This document shows, piece after piece, positions 1 to 9,273 of a DNA stretch of 64,000 bases. The notes below the pieces were generated by a model, which was not told the origin of the DNA, searched no databases, and saw nothing but the letters and a program-made list of their open reading frames with translations. Source of the stretch: Eukaryota sp. TZLM1-RC. Lineage: Eukaryota > Protista > Metamonada: BaSk clade. The stretch is from positions 496,001 to 560,000 of the forward strand of contig JAUPSS010000001.1 in assembly GCA_040285825.1 (NCBI GenBank), given 5' to 3'. Within the stretch, counting starts at the first letter, position 1. Each line of letters begins with the position of its first letter. The position numbers and the translations under genes were made by a program.

Positions 1-1147
1 TGTCGTAAGCTTCTTGATTTCCACTGAAATATATTTTGTGGTCATCAATTGCATCCCTATGCCATTTGGCAGGCCTGGGAGTAGCAGCTTGATATTTTGA
101 ACGAGGTGCGCTAAAATAGCAATCCTCGACTGCACTCATTCCACACGAGACTGCCGAATAGGTAAGATCATCCAATCTCTTCAAAAGATTTGGACTCTGA
201 TCATAACTCTCGTAGACGACGTCGTCAAGTGTTTTGCCGTGGGCTTCCCCAAAGAGGAAGGGCCAACGTTTCGCTAAACAGTCACGTCGGACCTTCTCAC
301 ATTCGGCTGGGTCTAGTTCTCTCGCAAGACGCTCTGACTCATTCTCAGCCATTTTTAATAATTCGTCATCACTCCAATCCATTACATCTTCGGGAGGATT
401 GGCGATGAGGTCCAATAAGAAATCTCTAGCTACAGCCTCAACTGCCTTTGCTAATTTCCTTCGGTAAGGACCCTGAGAAGTCCTTTCCGTAGATGGGAAA
501 CTAGGAGTTGGATTAGGAGGATTGGGTGTATGAGGTGGTTCATCATCGCTCTCATCCCCCCTCCTGCTGTAGTTCTGATTAAGAGATCCTCTGGAATCAC
601 TTTGAGGTTCCTCACTTGAGCTGATGTCAGAAGTAGGTGAGGAGGGAGTTTTACGTGAGGAGCTAGTCGTAGACTGTTGCTCGCCTTCGCCTCCTTTACC
701 TGCTGTACAAGCGTCAGATTTATTACTTACAACAAACGCTTTGAATCTCCGTTGCTCGCTCGGAGTGAGAAAACTCTTCCTACAAGGAAGGAGCTCCGAG
801 GAGTTATTGGGATATGTGTACAGTTCTGTCACATCCACAACGTGGTTACCTCTCTCCTTATTAGGGAGGTGACTTCCTGTCTGGGAGGAAGGACTCTCCT
901 CAGTGTGAAGTTCATTCTCCTTATTGGGGAGGTGGCTTTCTTTCTGAGAGGCAAGGCTCTTCTCAGCGGAAAGCTCACTCTCCTTAGGAGGATTACTCTT
1001 CCCGAAGGAAGGATTACTCTCTGGAGGATTACTCACCGTGGGTGGTGGATTGTTCTCCTTCAAAGAAGGGACATTACTCTTCCTCAGAGAGGAAGGAGGG
1101 TTATCATTGTGGCTTTTCAGGCCATTAATTAATGATGCTTTATCCAT
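1..1147 (-). CDS. Uncharacterised ORF running off the left edge (>=382 codons; Ser/Pro/Glu-rich N-terminus), possibly a retroelement gag/ORF1
   Basis: Manual translation from ATG at 1147 (MDKASLINGLKSHNDNPPSS...ESNPP-like repeats...GNQEAYD) finds no stop before base 1. It is absent from the ORF track, probably because it has no stop. It lies next to LTR pol remnants. Confidence 0.6.
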   Translation of the reverse strand, partial: MDKASLINGLKSHNDNPPSSLRKSNVPSLKENNPPPTVSNPPESNPSFGKSNPPKESELSAEKSLASQKESHLPNKENELHTEESPSSQTGSHLPNKERGNHVVDVTELYTYPNNSSELLPCRKSFLTPSEQRRFKAFVVSNKSDACTAGKGGEGEQQSTTSSSRKTPSSPTSDISSSEEPQSDSRGSLNQNYSRRGDESDDEPPHTPNPPNPTPSFPSTERTSQGPYRRKLAKAVEAVARDFLLDLIANPPEDVMDWSDDELLKMAENESERLARELDPAECEKVRRDCLAKRWPFLFGEAHGKTLDDVVYESYDQSPNLLKRLDDLTYSAVSCGMSAVEDCYFSAPRSKYQAATPRPAKWHRDAIDDHKIYFSGNQEAYD

Positions 1148-1339
1148 ATATGATAACAAAGAATAAGGAATAATTTATTAGAATTTCACCGGCCCTTATA
1201 AAGGCCATCACTAGTGAACTATGTTATATAAACATAAATGTACTAGACTAATTGTCCACAGTACAACAATCTGCGTTTATTCGAGCAAAAGGTCGATCTG
1301 CTCAAAGAGAGCCAGATGATTCAGTGACAGTTTTAGGCA

Positions 1340-2152
1340 GATGTGCCTTCTTTTGGCATGCTGGACTTCTCTTCATTTAATTAAACATGTCTTTGCGCAT
1401 GTCTGGCCAAAATTAATCACTTTCAAGTAGTTTCTTTACACTAGTCGTCACACTAGGATGGCCAACATTTGCATGTCCATAAACGATAGTTAAAGTCTGC
1501 TTGTTTAAGCTATCTGGAATAACAATTTTCCCACGATTGTTGGTAAACAATTGAATAGATGAATCATACTTGTAATCTTTATAATGATCTGGGTTTGGAT
1601 CAACGTCTATGAGTTGTTCTTGTCAGATTTTCGAAATCCAGTTTCAATTTTAAATCAAATTTAGGATTTTCAACTGCTTCTTATAGTGTCAATAAGCTAT
1701 TAATCGTGGGTAACTTAAATGTTGACAGTTGACTAATGTCACTTACTTGTTGGACTCGATGGTGTTTATGGGTTTAAATCAACCAATCTAGACAACAAGT
1801 CTGCCCAATAATTCTCCTCGCCTGCAGTGTGAACTACTTCAAAATTGAATTCTGACAATATTGTTAGCCATTTTTTCACAATTCTGTTCTTTTCAGGAGC
1901 TGATATGAGGTATGCTAAATTTCTATGATCAGTGAAAATAGTTAATTTCCTCGAAATTAAATAATTTTCTAAACTACTGTTGGTGATAATTAGTAAAATT
2001 GCATACAACTCTTTCTGAAGTACAGACCAACGTTTTTGTTGAAAAGATAATAACCTGTGAAAGAAGGCAATAAGAACAACCTTTCTCTTAATTAGCGTTG
2101 TCGTTCGATCTTTTGTTGGGTTAACTTCTTCCCATATTACTCCACCTACAAT
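1340..2152 (-). mobile_element. Degenerate Ty3/gypsy-type LTR retrotransposon pol fragment (RNase H + integrase zinc-binding region)
   Basis: RNase H motifs QKRWSVLQKELYAI, FTDHRNLAYL and HTAGEENYWADLLSRL (ORF 1766..2008). Downstream is the integrase HHCC-like segment VGHPSV...FWPDMRKD...PACQK with stops. Confidence 0.85.
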
Positions 2153-2401
2153 TGTCGGGAATTCTTGTCAAGAAAACAAAATAATTATATGTTCGATGAT
2201 GGCTTGCTGGAACTCGAGTGTTCTTGTTGTGGGAATAACCTCGAATCAAAGTAGATTTCTCGCAAAAATAAAGATAAACTACTATTACCATTTTATTCGG
2301 GATAGAGAAAGCAAATTGACAGGTCGCAAATTGTTTATTTCTACTTTGAGCTGGTAGTTACCTTATAACTGAGACAGTACGAGAGTGTGATTAAATTAAC
2401 A
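2153..2401. mobile_element. Candidate solo LTR (249 bp, TGT...ACA) with 4-bp CAAT flanking duplication
   Basis: Begins TGTCGGGA at 2153 and ends TTAACA at 2401. CAAT at 2149-2152 and 2402-2405. Abuts the pol remnant. Confidence 0.35.
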
Positions 2402-2577
2402 CAATTTGTGAATATTTCATCGAAAAATTCTTAATAGTTGATGTATTCAATCATTTGCCTGATTATCAAACAATTGAATTTTATAAGTTTGTTCAGTAGT
2501 ATCTAAATTTATAATCATTTGTTGATTGTTTCATTAAGCAATAGCCTAAAACTTTCCAAATTGTTCCTTACTAAAAA

Positions 2578-3489
2578 TTACAAGTTTGGTACAGTTTGAG
2601 TAGCATCTTTTGCAAATAAAGACTCTGCTTCGCATATCCAATCAATCTGTTTACCTTGGTGTCGGACCACTAGATTTAACGAAGGATATTTCAAACCAAG
2701 TCGAAGTAATCTTGAAACTTGAATCTTTCTTTCAATTTCAACTTCATCAATAGGAAGACATTCAAAAGATACATCTTCGTTGAACAGGCTAAAAAATAGT
2801 TTTCCTTTGCTTAGCCTAACAAAAACTGCTTCCATGCCCAAAAATGAACCTAATAGAGTTTTTGTATGGGGAGTAATGGTGAAACTGTCTAAACTAGGGT
2901 TTGCCTCCTGAATTTCCATATATGGGTGTTCTCTTATCCATTCCCTAACATCATTTACTTTGCCACTTTTCCAATCTTTTGAAAGGGCCAGCAAATAGTT
3001 ACAAAGCTTGTCTAATGTATTCGAGACACCTGAAGCAACCTCATTAGCTCCATATTCTTCTATAACGATACCATTCTGCTTGCAATCTTGAACTTTTCTT
3101 TCTTCATTGTCAACAAGAATTACACTGGACAAGGAATGATCCCGAGCTCCACGAAGGATTTTATTCAAGCACCTTTTGGTGTCCCACTTGTTTTCCCCTT
3201 GTGGATCAGGAATGTTGTACTCACGATCAAATACTTTGTCCACCAAATGGTTAATGGAACATGCATTGAGGACAGGAGTTATGTTGTGGTACATGACAGA
3301 AGAATATACAGCAATTTCATAGTAGGGGCTGAGTTTTTCAAGGATTTGTTGAACACCAACACGGGGATAAGAGTACTTTCTGCGTACATAGAGAGCAGCT
3401 CTCACGCCATTAACGGGAACCTCGGTACGATACACAATTGTACCGTTGAGATCCAGAAGAAGAAGGGGACGCTCTGGCTTTGACATCAC
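2578..3489 (-). CDS. NIF/FCP1-homology HAD-family phosphatase domain protein (DxN variant)
   Basis: LLLLDLNGTIV motif I, RVGV..IL..L...YEIAVYSS, and VILVDNEERKV motif IV. The canonical DxDxT reads DLNGT. Confidence 0.75.
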   Translation of the reverse strand: MMSKPERPLLLLDLNGTIVYRTEVPVNGVRAALYVRRKYSYPRVGVQQILEKLSPYYEIAVYSSVMYHNITPVLNACSINHLVDKVFDREYNIPDPQGENKWDTKRCLNKILRGARDHSLSSVILVDNEERKVQDCKQNGIVIEEYGANEVASGVSNTLDKLCNYLLALSKDWKSGKVNDVREWIREHPYMEIQEANPSLDSFTITPHTKTLLGSFLGMEAVFVRLSKGKLFFSLFNEDVSFECLPIDEVEIERKIQVSRLLRLGLKYPSLNLVVRHQGKQIDWICEAESLFAKDATQTVPNL

Positions 3490-3554
3490 CTAGTAGCACA
3501 AAAATGCCAAACAGAATAAGAATATTAAGAATATTTTGCAAAATTGGTGAATTA

Positions 3555-3600
3555 CCATTCCCATTCCCATTCCCATTCCCATTCCCACCCCATTCCCAAT
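3555..3600. repeat. (CCATTC)n hexamer microsatellite; G-rich minus strand
   Basis: Five perfect CCATTC units plus degenerate units just upstream of the phosphatase gene. Confidence 0.9.
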
Positions 3601-3992
3601 TCTCAAAATCCATGCCGTTTAACACCGATCATTTTTTTTCTGATGTCAATTTACTTCAACTTAAGGAAGGATTGGTGTTCTATTTTTATTCTTTTATTGG
3701 AAAAAACAAATCTGTCAAAAGTTTTATTGGATAATACAAATTGTTTAAAACTAATGTCGCTGTAATTGAGTGCGCACCAAACAAAAACAATGTTATACCA
3801 AACGCACCATCGTACCACCGAACAAAAAAAGTAATAGTAATAAAAAGTAGTGGTTGTGGTTATCCAATTGCTCCTTTTGTGGATTCTTCTCAGGTTGTTG
3901 TTGACTTTACTACTGTTGATTCTTTTGCTTCAATTTACTGTGAAGATGTCTTAGTTAGTTCTAATGGCCACTTAGACAAGGCTGAGTTGATT

Positions 3993-4880
3993 CTAATTCT
4001 TTTCTGTTGATTCTAATTGTCTCTTCAGTAATAACTGATCCTTTTCTGAGCTCTTCTTCCACTCATCTTTATAATTTTCAAGTTTTTCAATCCATTCCGC
4101 GTCCTTTGAACTACAAATATTTGTCAGCTGAGACTTGACACTTGTCAGCTCAGAGAACAGCTCAGTGACACGTGTTTCTGCTGAATTCAACTGACTTTTG
4201 TAATTTTGCGCTTCCTTTTGAATTTGTTGAAATTCAGTTTCTAAAATATTATTTTCAGCCACTTGATTAGTTAATTCCAAATCCTTTTCATTAATTTCAG
4301 ACATTAACTGGGAATTTCGGAATCTTAACTTTGAAATTTCAGTTTCCAGTTTAGACATTGTTGATTGGTGATCAGAAACTTGCGATTGTAAATTAACCAA
4401 CTCTAACTGTTGGTTGACCGCCTTGCCATCGTGATTGCTTTTCAGCTCAGTTATTAACCTTTCCTTTTCAATCAAATCATTTTCAAGTTCGGAAAGCTGC
4501 AGACACTGAGATTGAGTAGTTTCATTTAATTTAGATACTTCACACTCAAGTTGCTGGTTTAGTGATTGAACACTGCTCATTTCTTGGTTAAGTTGTGATA
4601 TGTGCGCATCATGAGAGTGTAGAGACGACAGAGCAAGGGAAAGAGAGGACTGTAGTTGAGATTCAATTGAGGTAAGTTCTGCATTGATATCATGGCGAAG
4701 GTCATTGAGATCAGAACGAAGCGAGAACGCATTTGAAACCTTCTGGAGTGTGTCTGGAGCGAAAAATACATCACTTACTTGTGGAAGAGGAAGATTATGT
4801 GATTTGCAGTAGTTTTGATAAGTAGTGATTGTGTGTTTAAGCTGAATCACCTTGGTTTGTAAAGAATTGAGTTTAGACAT
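3993..4880 (-). CDS. Long coiled-coil protein, possibly 5'-truncated and with a degenerate C-terminus
   Basis: Heptad-like L/E/Q/K/S composition over ~290 aa. An out-of-frame hydrophobic tail (YFLLLLLFLFGG) lies near 3800-3870. Upstream coding-like sequence ends at the Fanzor leader near 4980. Confidence 0.6.
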   Translation of the reverse strand: MSKLNSLQTKVIQLKHTITTYQNYCKSHNLPLPQVSDVFFAPDTLQKVSNAFSLRSDLNDLRHDINAELTSIESQLQSSLSLALSSLHSHDAHISQLNQEMSSVQSLNQQLECEVSKLNETTQSQCLQLSELENDLIEKERLITELKSNHDGKAVNQQLELVNLQSQVSDHQSTMSKLETEISKLRFRNSQLMSEINEKDLELTNQVAENNILETEFQQIQKEAQNYKSQLNSAETRVTELFSELTSVKSQLTNICSSKDAEWIEKLENYKDEWKKSSEKDQLLLKRQLESTEKN

Positions 4881-4983
4881 CGGCTAATAACACAAAACGT
4901 CAAACAGTGGTAACCTGTTGAGATTAATGGAGGACGTGGATAAAATGAACTGAGATGCTGAACTACTCAGTTGGAGAATTCTT

Positions 4984-5144
4984 ACAAAGTAAATGGAATG
5001 TGGGAAAGTGTGGGAATAGTGAAAACCTCCCAAAACCAAGTTGAGGGTTAAAAACCTCCCAGAATAGGCAACCAGAAGTCGAAAATGGGTGACAAGTGTA
5101 AAATTTGATAGATGAGCTCTTTATTCTCACTACATGTCAGACAC
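4984..5144 (+). repeat. Conserved 5' leader/left end of Fanzor element (copy 1)
   Basis: Aligns with the reverse complement of 26968..27160 up to and including the start codon, e.g. CAACCAGAAGTCGAAAATGGG(G)TGAYAAGTGTAAAATTTGATA...TACATGTYAGACAC. Confidence 0.85.
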
Positions 5145-7088
5145 CCCCTCTGTATCACGTGTATTCACTCGGTCTTGTGCACTTAACTCGCTGCTGACCC
5201 CTGCAGCGGTGCAACAAATTCGGACTGACCTTCCTGTGGTCACCGAGATTTGTCATGAAGCGTCTTTATTACTTCAATCTTTTCTTCTAAATTTTCCGTT
5301 GGCATCAAGAGGTTTAGTGGAACAGGATGTATGGTATCTGTTTATGACCGTCATCACCACTGGTTCTTTTCCAAAGCCTTCCACATCTAAAGGCCAACGC
5401 CAATTACTCCATATCTTTTACAATGGATTTCTTCCTGAATGCCCACAAGACAGGTCTCTTGTTTCTGTGTGGGAAAATTCTTTAGTGCCTTACAGAAATT
5501 CATTCCATCTTTTCCTCAATGATTGGCTGCAGTCCCAGAACTGTAATTTTATCAATAGAAAAGGGCTTTCTTCTTATCTTGCCTGTCGTGCTCGTCAATT
5601 GGCCTCCAACGTTAAGACATGTTTACCCAAAATTTGTCAATCCTGGACAAAAACTTTATTCGTGCTCATTGTAGAGCCCTGAATAAAACAAATGTCTTTG
5701 CAAATAATATTCTTTCACTTTTGCCAGATGAACTACTAGCCCAACCCGAGGAAGTAGTAGTTGATTCTGTTCTTGAATACCTCATCAATTTCAATTTGAA
5801 TAATTCAAGAGAAAGATTTTTTTTATTGAATGCATGTAGGTTTATCTTGAATCTCTTTCAAAGATTTCCTACCACTGCCTCCCTACTGTCCTCACATGAT
5901 AAAATCACTTTTTCATCAAAGGAAATTAGTGAGCTTTTTCTCTTCAATCTTAAAATTTCACAATACTTACTCACTTTCTTTTCTCATATGCATTGCTGGA
6001 AGATATTTAGAATAATACCTTTAGCTTCTCATAAAGGTTCTAAATTTATTGAGGTACCTTCACAAATTTTCCACTCTGTGAAAAAAATTTCCAATTATTG
6101 AAGGATCATCTTCCAAAACAAAGTTTATCAAAAATACATGTCTGAAACGAGTATTCAAACAATGTCCTTACCAAAAATTCAATATCAACAGAAAAGTTTG
6201 AAAAATAGATTTAACAAAATTTTATTGAAAACTAATGGTAATGAACTGCTTTTGACCTTTGAAGGTAAAAATAATGACTCAGAAAACACAGATGAGCTGG
6301 ATGAACCACCGAAAAAGAAAAGAAGATCAAAAAATGAAATGAAAAGTGACCCTGATGCCAACAAAACCAGAGAAACACAGTTGAAGGGTACTAAAAAAAT
6401 GCCCCGTCGAAGACGTAGACATCCAGTCGAAATTTTACCTGAAAGGCCCCTTATCGGCGTTGATCTTGGCCAATCAAGATTATGTGGTTACTTCTTAAAT
6501 GATAATCAATGTGGAGTTATTCCTTGTCCAACTGGCAGAAGATACGTGACAAAACCTTCACCCAGTAAACACTCTCCCAACCAATATTCCGTTCAAAATT
6601 TCAACCAATATTTGAACCATTGGAATTTGGTCAGGAGGAAAGTGTATTTGGAAAGTAATCGCCAGAAATGGAAAATAATTAAATTTGATAACCGCAGACG
6701 AAAAGAGAGACGGTTCAGAGAGAGTCTCAACAAATTTCAAAGGCTGGCTGGACATCCTGAAAAACTCTATCTTGCTGTGGGTTCTGCTAATTTCCCTTCT
6801 CATTGCCGAAAAGTCAATCGATATGGATCAGCAAGAGCTTTCAGAAAATGGTTGTGTTATCAAAAGGACGTGAAGCACTTGTCAACCAGTGAATTTAATA
6901 CAAGCAAAATGTCAAGTTGTTGCATGGCCGAGAATATTCAAGCAGGATCATGGCAGATGCGTATTTGTACTGAGTGTCAAATAGTATATGACAGAGATAT
7001 TTCCGCTGCAAAAAATATTCAAATTAAGAAGAAAGCGGAATTGTGGCCGGAAAGATACATTTGCCCAGATGCTCTGCTGAGGAGATGA
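5134..7088 (+). mobile_element. Fanzor (eukaryotic TnpB-like RNA-guided RuvC nuclease), split into three ORFs
   Basis: N-terminal CALNSLL...ICHEASLLLQSF, FRIIPL, LKTNG, RuvC-I LIGVDLG, LAVGSANF, RuvC-II STSEFNTSKMSSCC, Zn finger CTEC, RuvC-III YDRDISAAKNI. NLS-like PPKKKRR. Confidence 0.85.
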
Positions 7089-7362
7089 ATAGGGAACGTG
7101 AGCATACAGAAACAAAAACTTTTGAGACCGATCTACAAATACCTTAGTAGCATTTGGTAGATCCACTTAGATACATCAAGTCGCGAGGCTTTGTTCTGTG
7201 AATGCAGTAGGTGTATTTAAGTGAGGTAGCCCATTGATGAAGATCATGATTGTCTTTGTCAAATGATGCTACATGTCTCTTACAGCCTGTGAGTAGACAT
7301 TGAGAAAGTTGAAAATAGGAGTGAATTTCACAGGGGAATGCATGATAAGTGAAATTCACAGT
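7089..7362 (+). ncRNA. Candidate Fanzor omegaRNA scaffold / element right end
   Basis: Nested stems directly after the stop: GCATACAGAAACAAA (7102) pairs with TTTGTTCTGTGAATGC (~7205), and GATCTACAAAT with ATTTGGTAGATC. Further hairpins ATGTCT...AGACAT (7273-7300) and GTGAATTTCAC/GTGAAATTCAC (7321-7359). Confidence 0.5.
7329..7362 (+). repeat. 34-bp direct repeat, copy 1 (copy 2 at 8486..8519)
   Basis: CACAGGGGAATGCATGATAAGTGAAATTCACAGT is identical at both positions. Confidence 0.95.
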
Positions 7363-7745
7363 AAGAATATTTGAGAATAGATGATTTTCCAGTGATGATC
7401 ATTGATCAATCATCTTTTGTATGAATTAAGGCCATAAGACATTGAACTCTTCTGTACTTCCGCAAATACTGATGTACTAGAGTTTGGCCTCGACAAGAGT
7501 GACTTTTGGTAGACTCGGGTAGTTTAGTTGGCATTGAATTTTAATTAATTGGAACTCAAACTGTGAAGAACTTCCATCACAAATTTTGGAGACATTTGTT
7601 TTATAGAAAATGGTATATGACAAACTAAAATTCAAATGAGACAAATGAGGCAAATAAAATAAGTGAATTATTGCACAAATTTATACCAAATTGCAATGTT
7701 CATGACTAATGAATTCCTAAATTAACAAACACAGACAGACATCTG

Positions 7746-8366
7746 TTACGACCTACGCTTTTTCTTTTTACTAGGCCCACCCCTTCGTTTAGAACCAGCA
7801 GCTTTTGATGGTACTTTGGTAGTTCCAAAGTCTTCAACTTCTCCTGCTTGTATCTTTTCTAATATAAAGGTTTTGTATTTTTGCAGCATTGCTTTCCCTT
7901 CGCCAGGCACACATTGTGAAATTAAACTCCATTTACCATTGTGTTTGTTGTAAAATGTAATGACTTCTTGTTTTTCAAACTCCGTCAGACCACTATGGGA
8001 GGATGTTCGCTCTTGTTCTTCTGCGAGGACATGGGCAGCAATGTCTTGTTCGTCAAACCTACTAGTGTTAAACAATGTCATAACGGCATCGAACTTTTGA
8101 TCATCACTCATATCATCCCAATTAGCCATGTCATTGTCCTGCTTAGTACTGTCATAGAAAGCACGAGATTCAGCATCAGAGAGACATTTGTAAACCTTTC
8201 CTAAGTCTTGGAATTCTTTTGCTGCATCTGGTGAAGAGCTTTTGTCGGGATGAGTTTCCACAGCAAGTTTAAGATAAGCAACACGAATTTGTTTCTTGGT
8301 GGCAGACTCGGCGACGCCCAGGACTTCATAGTAGTTTTTGCCCTTGAAACGGTCAGATTCGAGCAT
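7746..8366 (-). CDS. DnaJ (J-domain) protein, DNAJC9-like
   Basis: NYYEVLGV...IRVAYLKLA...HPDK...FQDLGKVYKCLSD...RAFYD. Basic C-terminal NLS-like tail. Intronless. Confidence 0.9.
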   Translation of the reverse strand: MLESDRFKGKNYYEVLGVAESATKKQIRVAYLKLAVETHPDKSSSPDAAKEFQDLGKVYKCLSDAESRAFYDSTKQDNDMANWDDMSDDQKFDAVMTLFNTSRFDEQDIAAHVLAEEQERTSSHSGLTEFEKQEVITFYNKHNGKWSLISQCVPGEGKAMLQKYKTFILEKIQAGEVEDFGTTKVPSKAAGSKRRGGPSKKKKRRS

Positions 8367-8485
8367 AGATTTGAGAGTTTGAATGTGGTTGCTTTGGAGC
8401 CAAAAACAATGTATAAAAGAGGTGCTAATTGATTATTCTGAGGTTGAATTTTAGGTTGAATACAAATCCCTTGTTTTTGTACAAA

Positions 8486-8519
8486 CACAGGGGAATGCAT
8501 GATAAGTGAAATTCACAGT
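8486..8519 (+). repeat. 34-bp direct repeat, copy 2
   Basis: Identical to 7329..7362. Confidence 0.95.
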
Positions 8520-9273
8520 TACAATACTGACCCATTTTCTTTGTTCATTGTTTATAACCTTATTAGTATTCTTTATTACTTTTGTTAATAACTTGTATTC
8601 AAACATTGCAATAGCCTAAAATATATACATATTATACAATAAATACAGTATGATAGTTTATGAAATGCTGCATTGATATGCTGATGGTTATATTCTCAGC
8701 TATAACATTGTCCTATTGGCTTAAGAAGAGGATTGAATTCACGATAGTTATTATAGAATTATACTGTTAATTGAGCAAGCATATACCAATATTTAGCGGG
8801 TACGCCACCTGTTAAGTTCATTGAGTGCTCATACATCCGATTTAAATGAATTTGATCAATTATTTGTTCAGAAAACGCCAAATTTGTTAAATTGAATTTC
8901 AAGGTCTATATCGTGACAATAACGTCCCATTAAACTGATATATCAACACGCATATGAACAACACCTAAATTTAACTATGTTTTACGAAGCAAGCAATTAT
9001 AAAATCCCAACAAGAGACAAAATTTCTTCAGCACTTATTGCAGAAACGATTACACATTTTAAAATCAATCACTGTGACCAACAGTGAAGTCAGATAAGGA
9101 AATTTTGTATGGACATGAGTGGTCACACAAAGTCTTAAAATTGAGGGAAATATTGGGCATTACACATGCTCCAGCACAGTATTGAAAAGTTTGTACAATT
9201 TAAATGCTCTCCTATATTATATTACCAAACATCTTTTAAAACAAAAATTTATTTCAAGACCTACAAAAATATT

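Noticed and set aside
190-1132. Plus-strand ORFs 190..1132
   Set aside because: Antisense shadows of the longer minus-strand ORF 1..1147.
4978-7368. ATTCTTAC/GTAAGAAT as TIRs of the Fanzor element
   Set aside because: Only 8 bp, no TSD, and likely by chance in AT-rich DNA.
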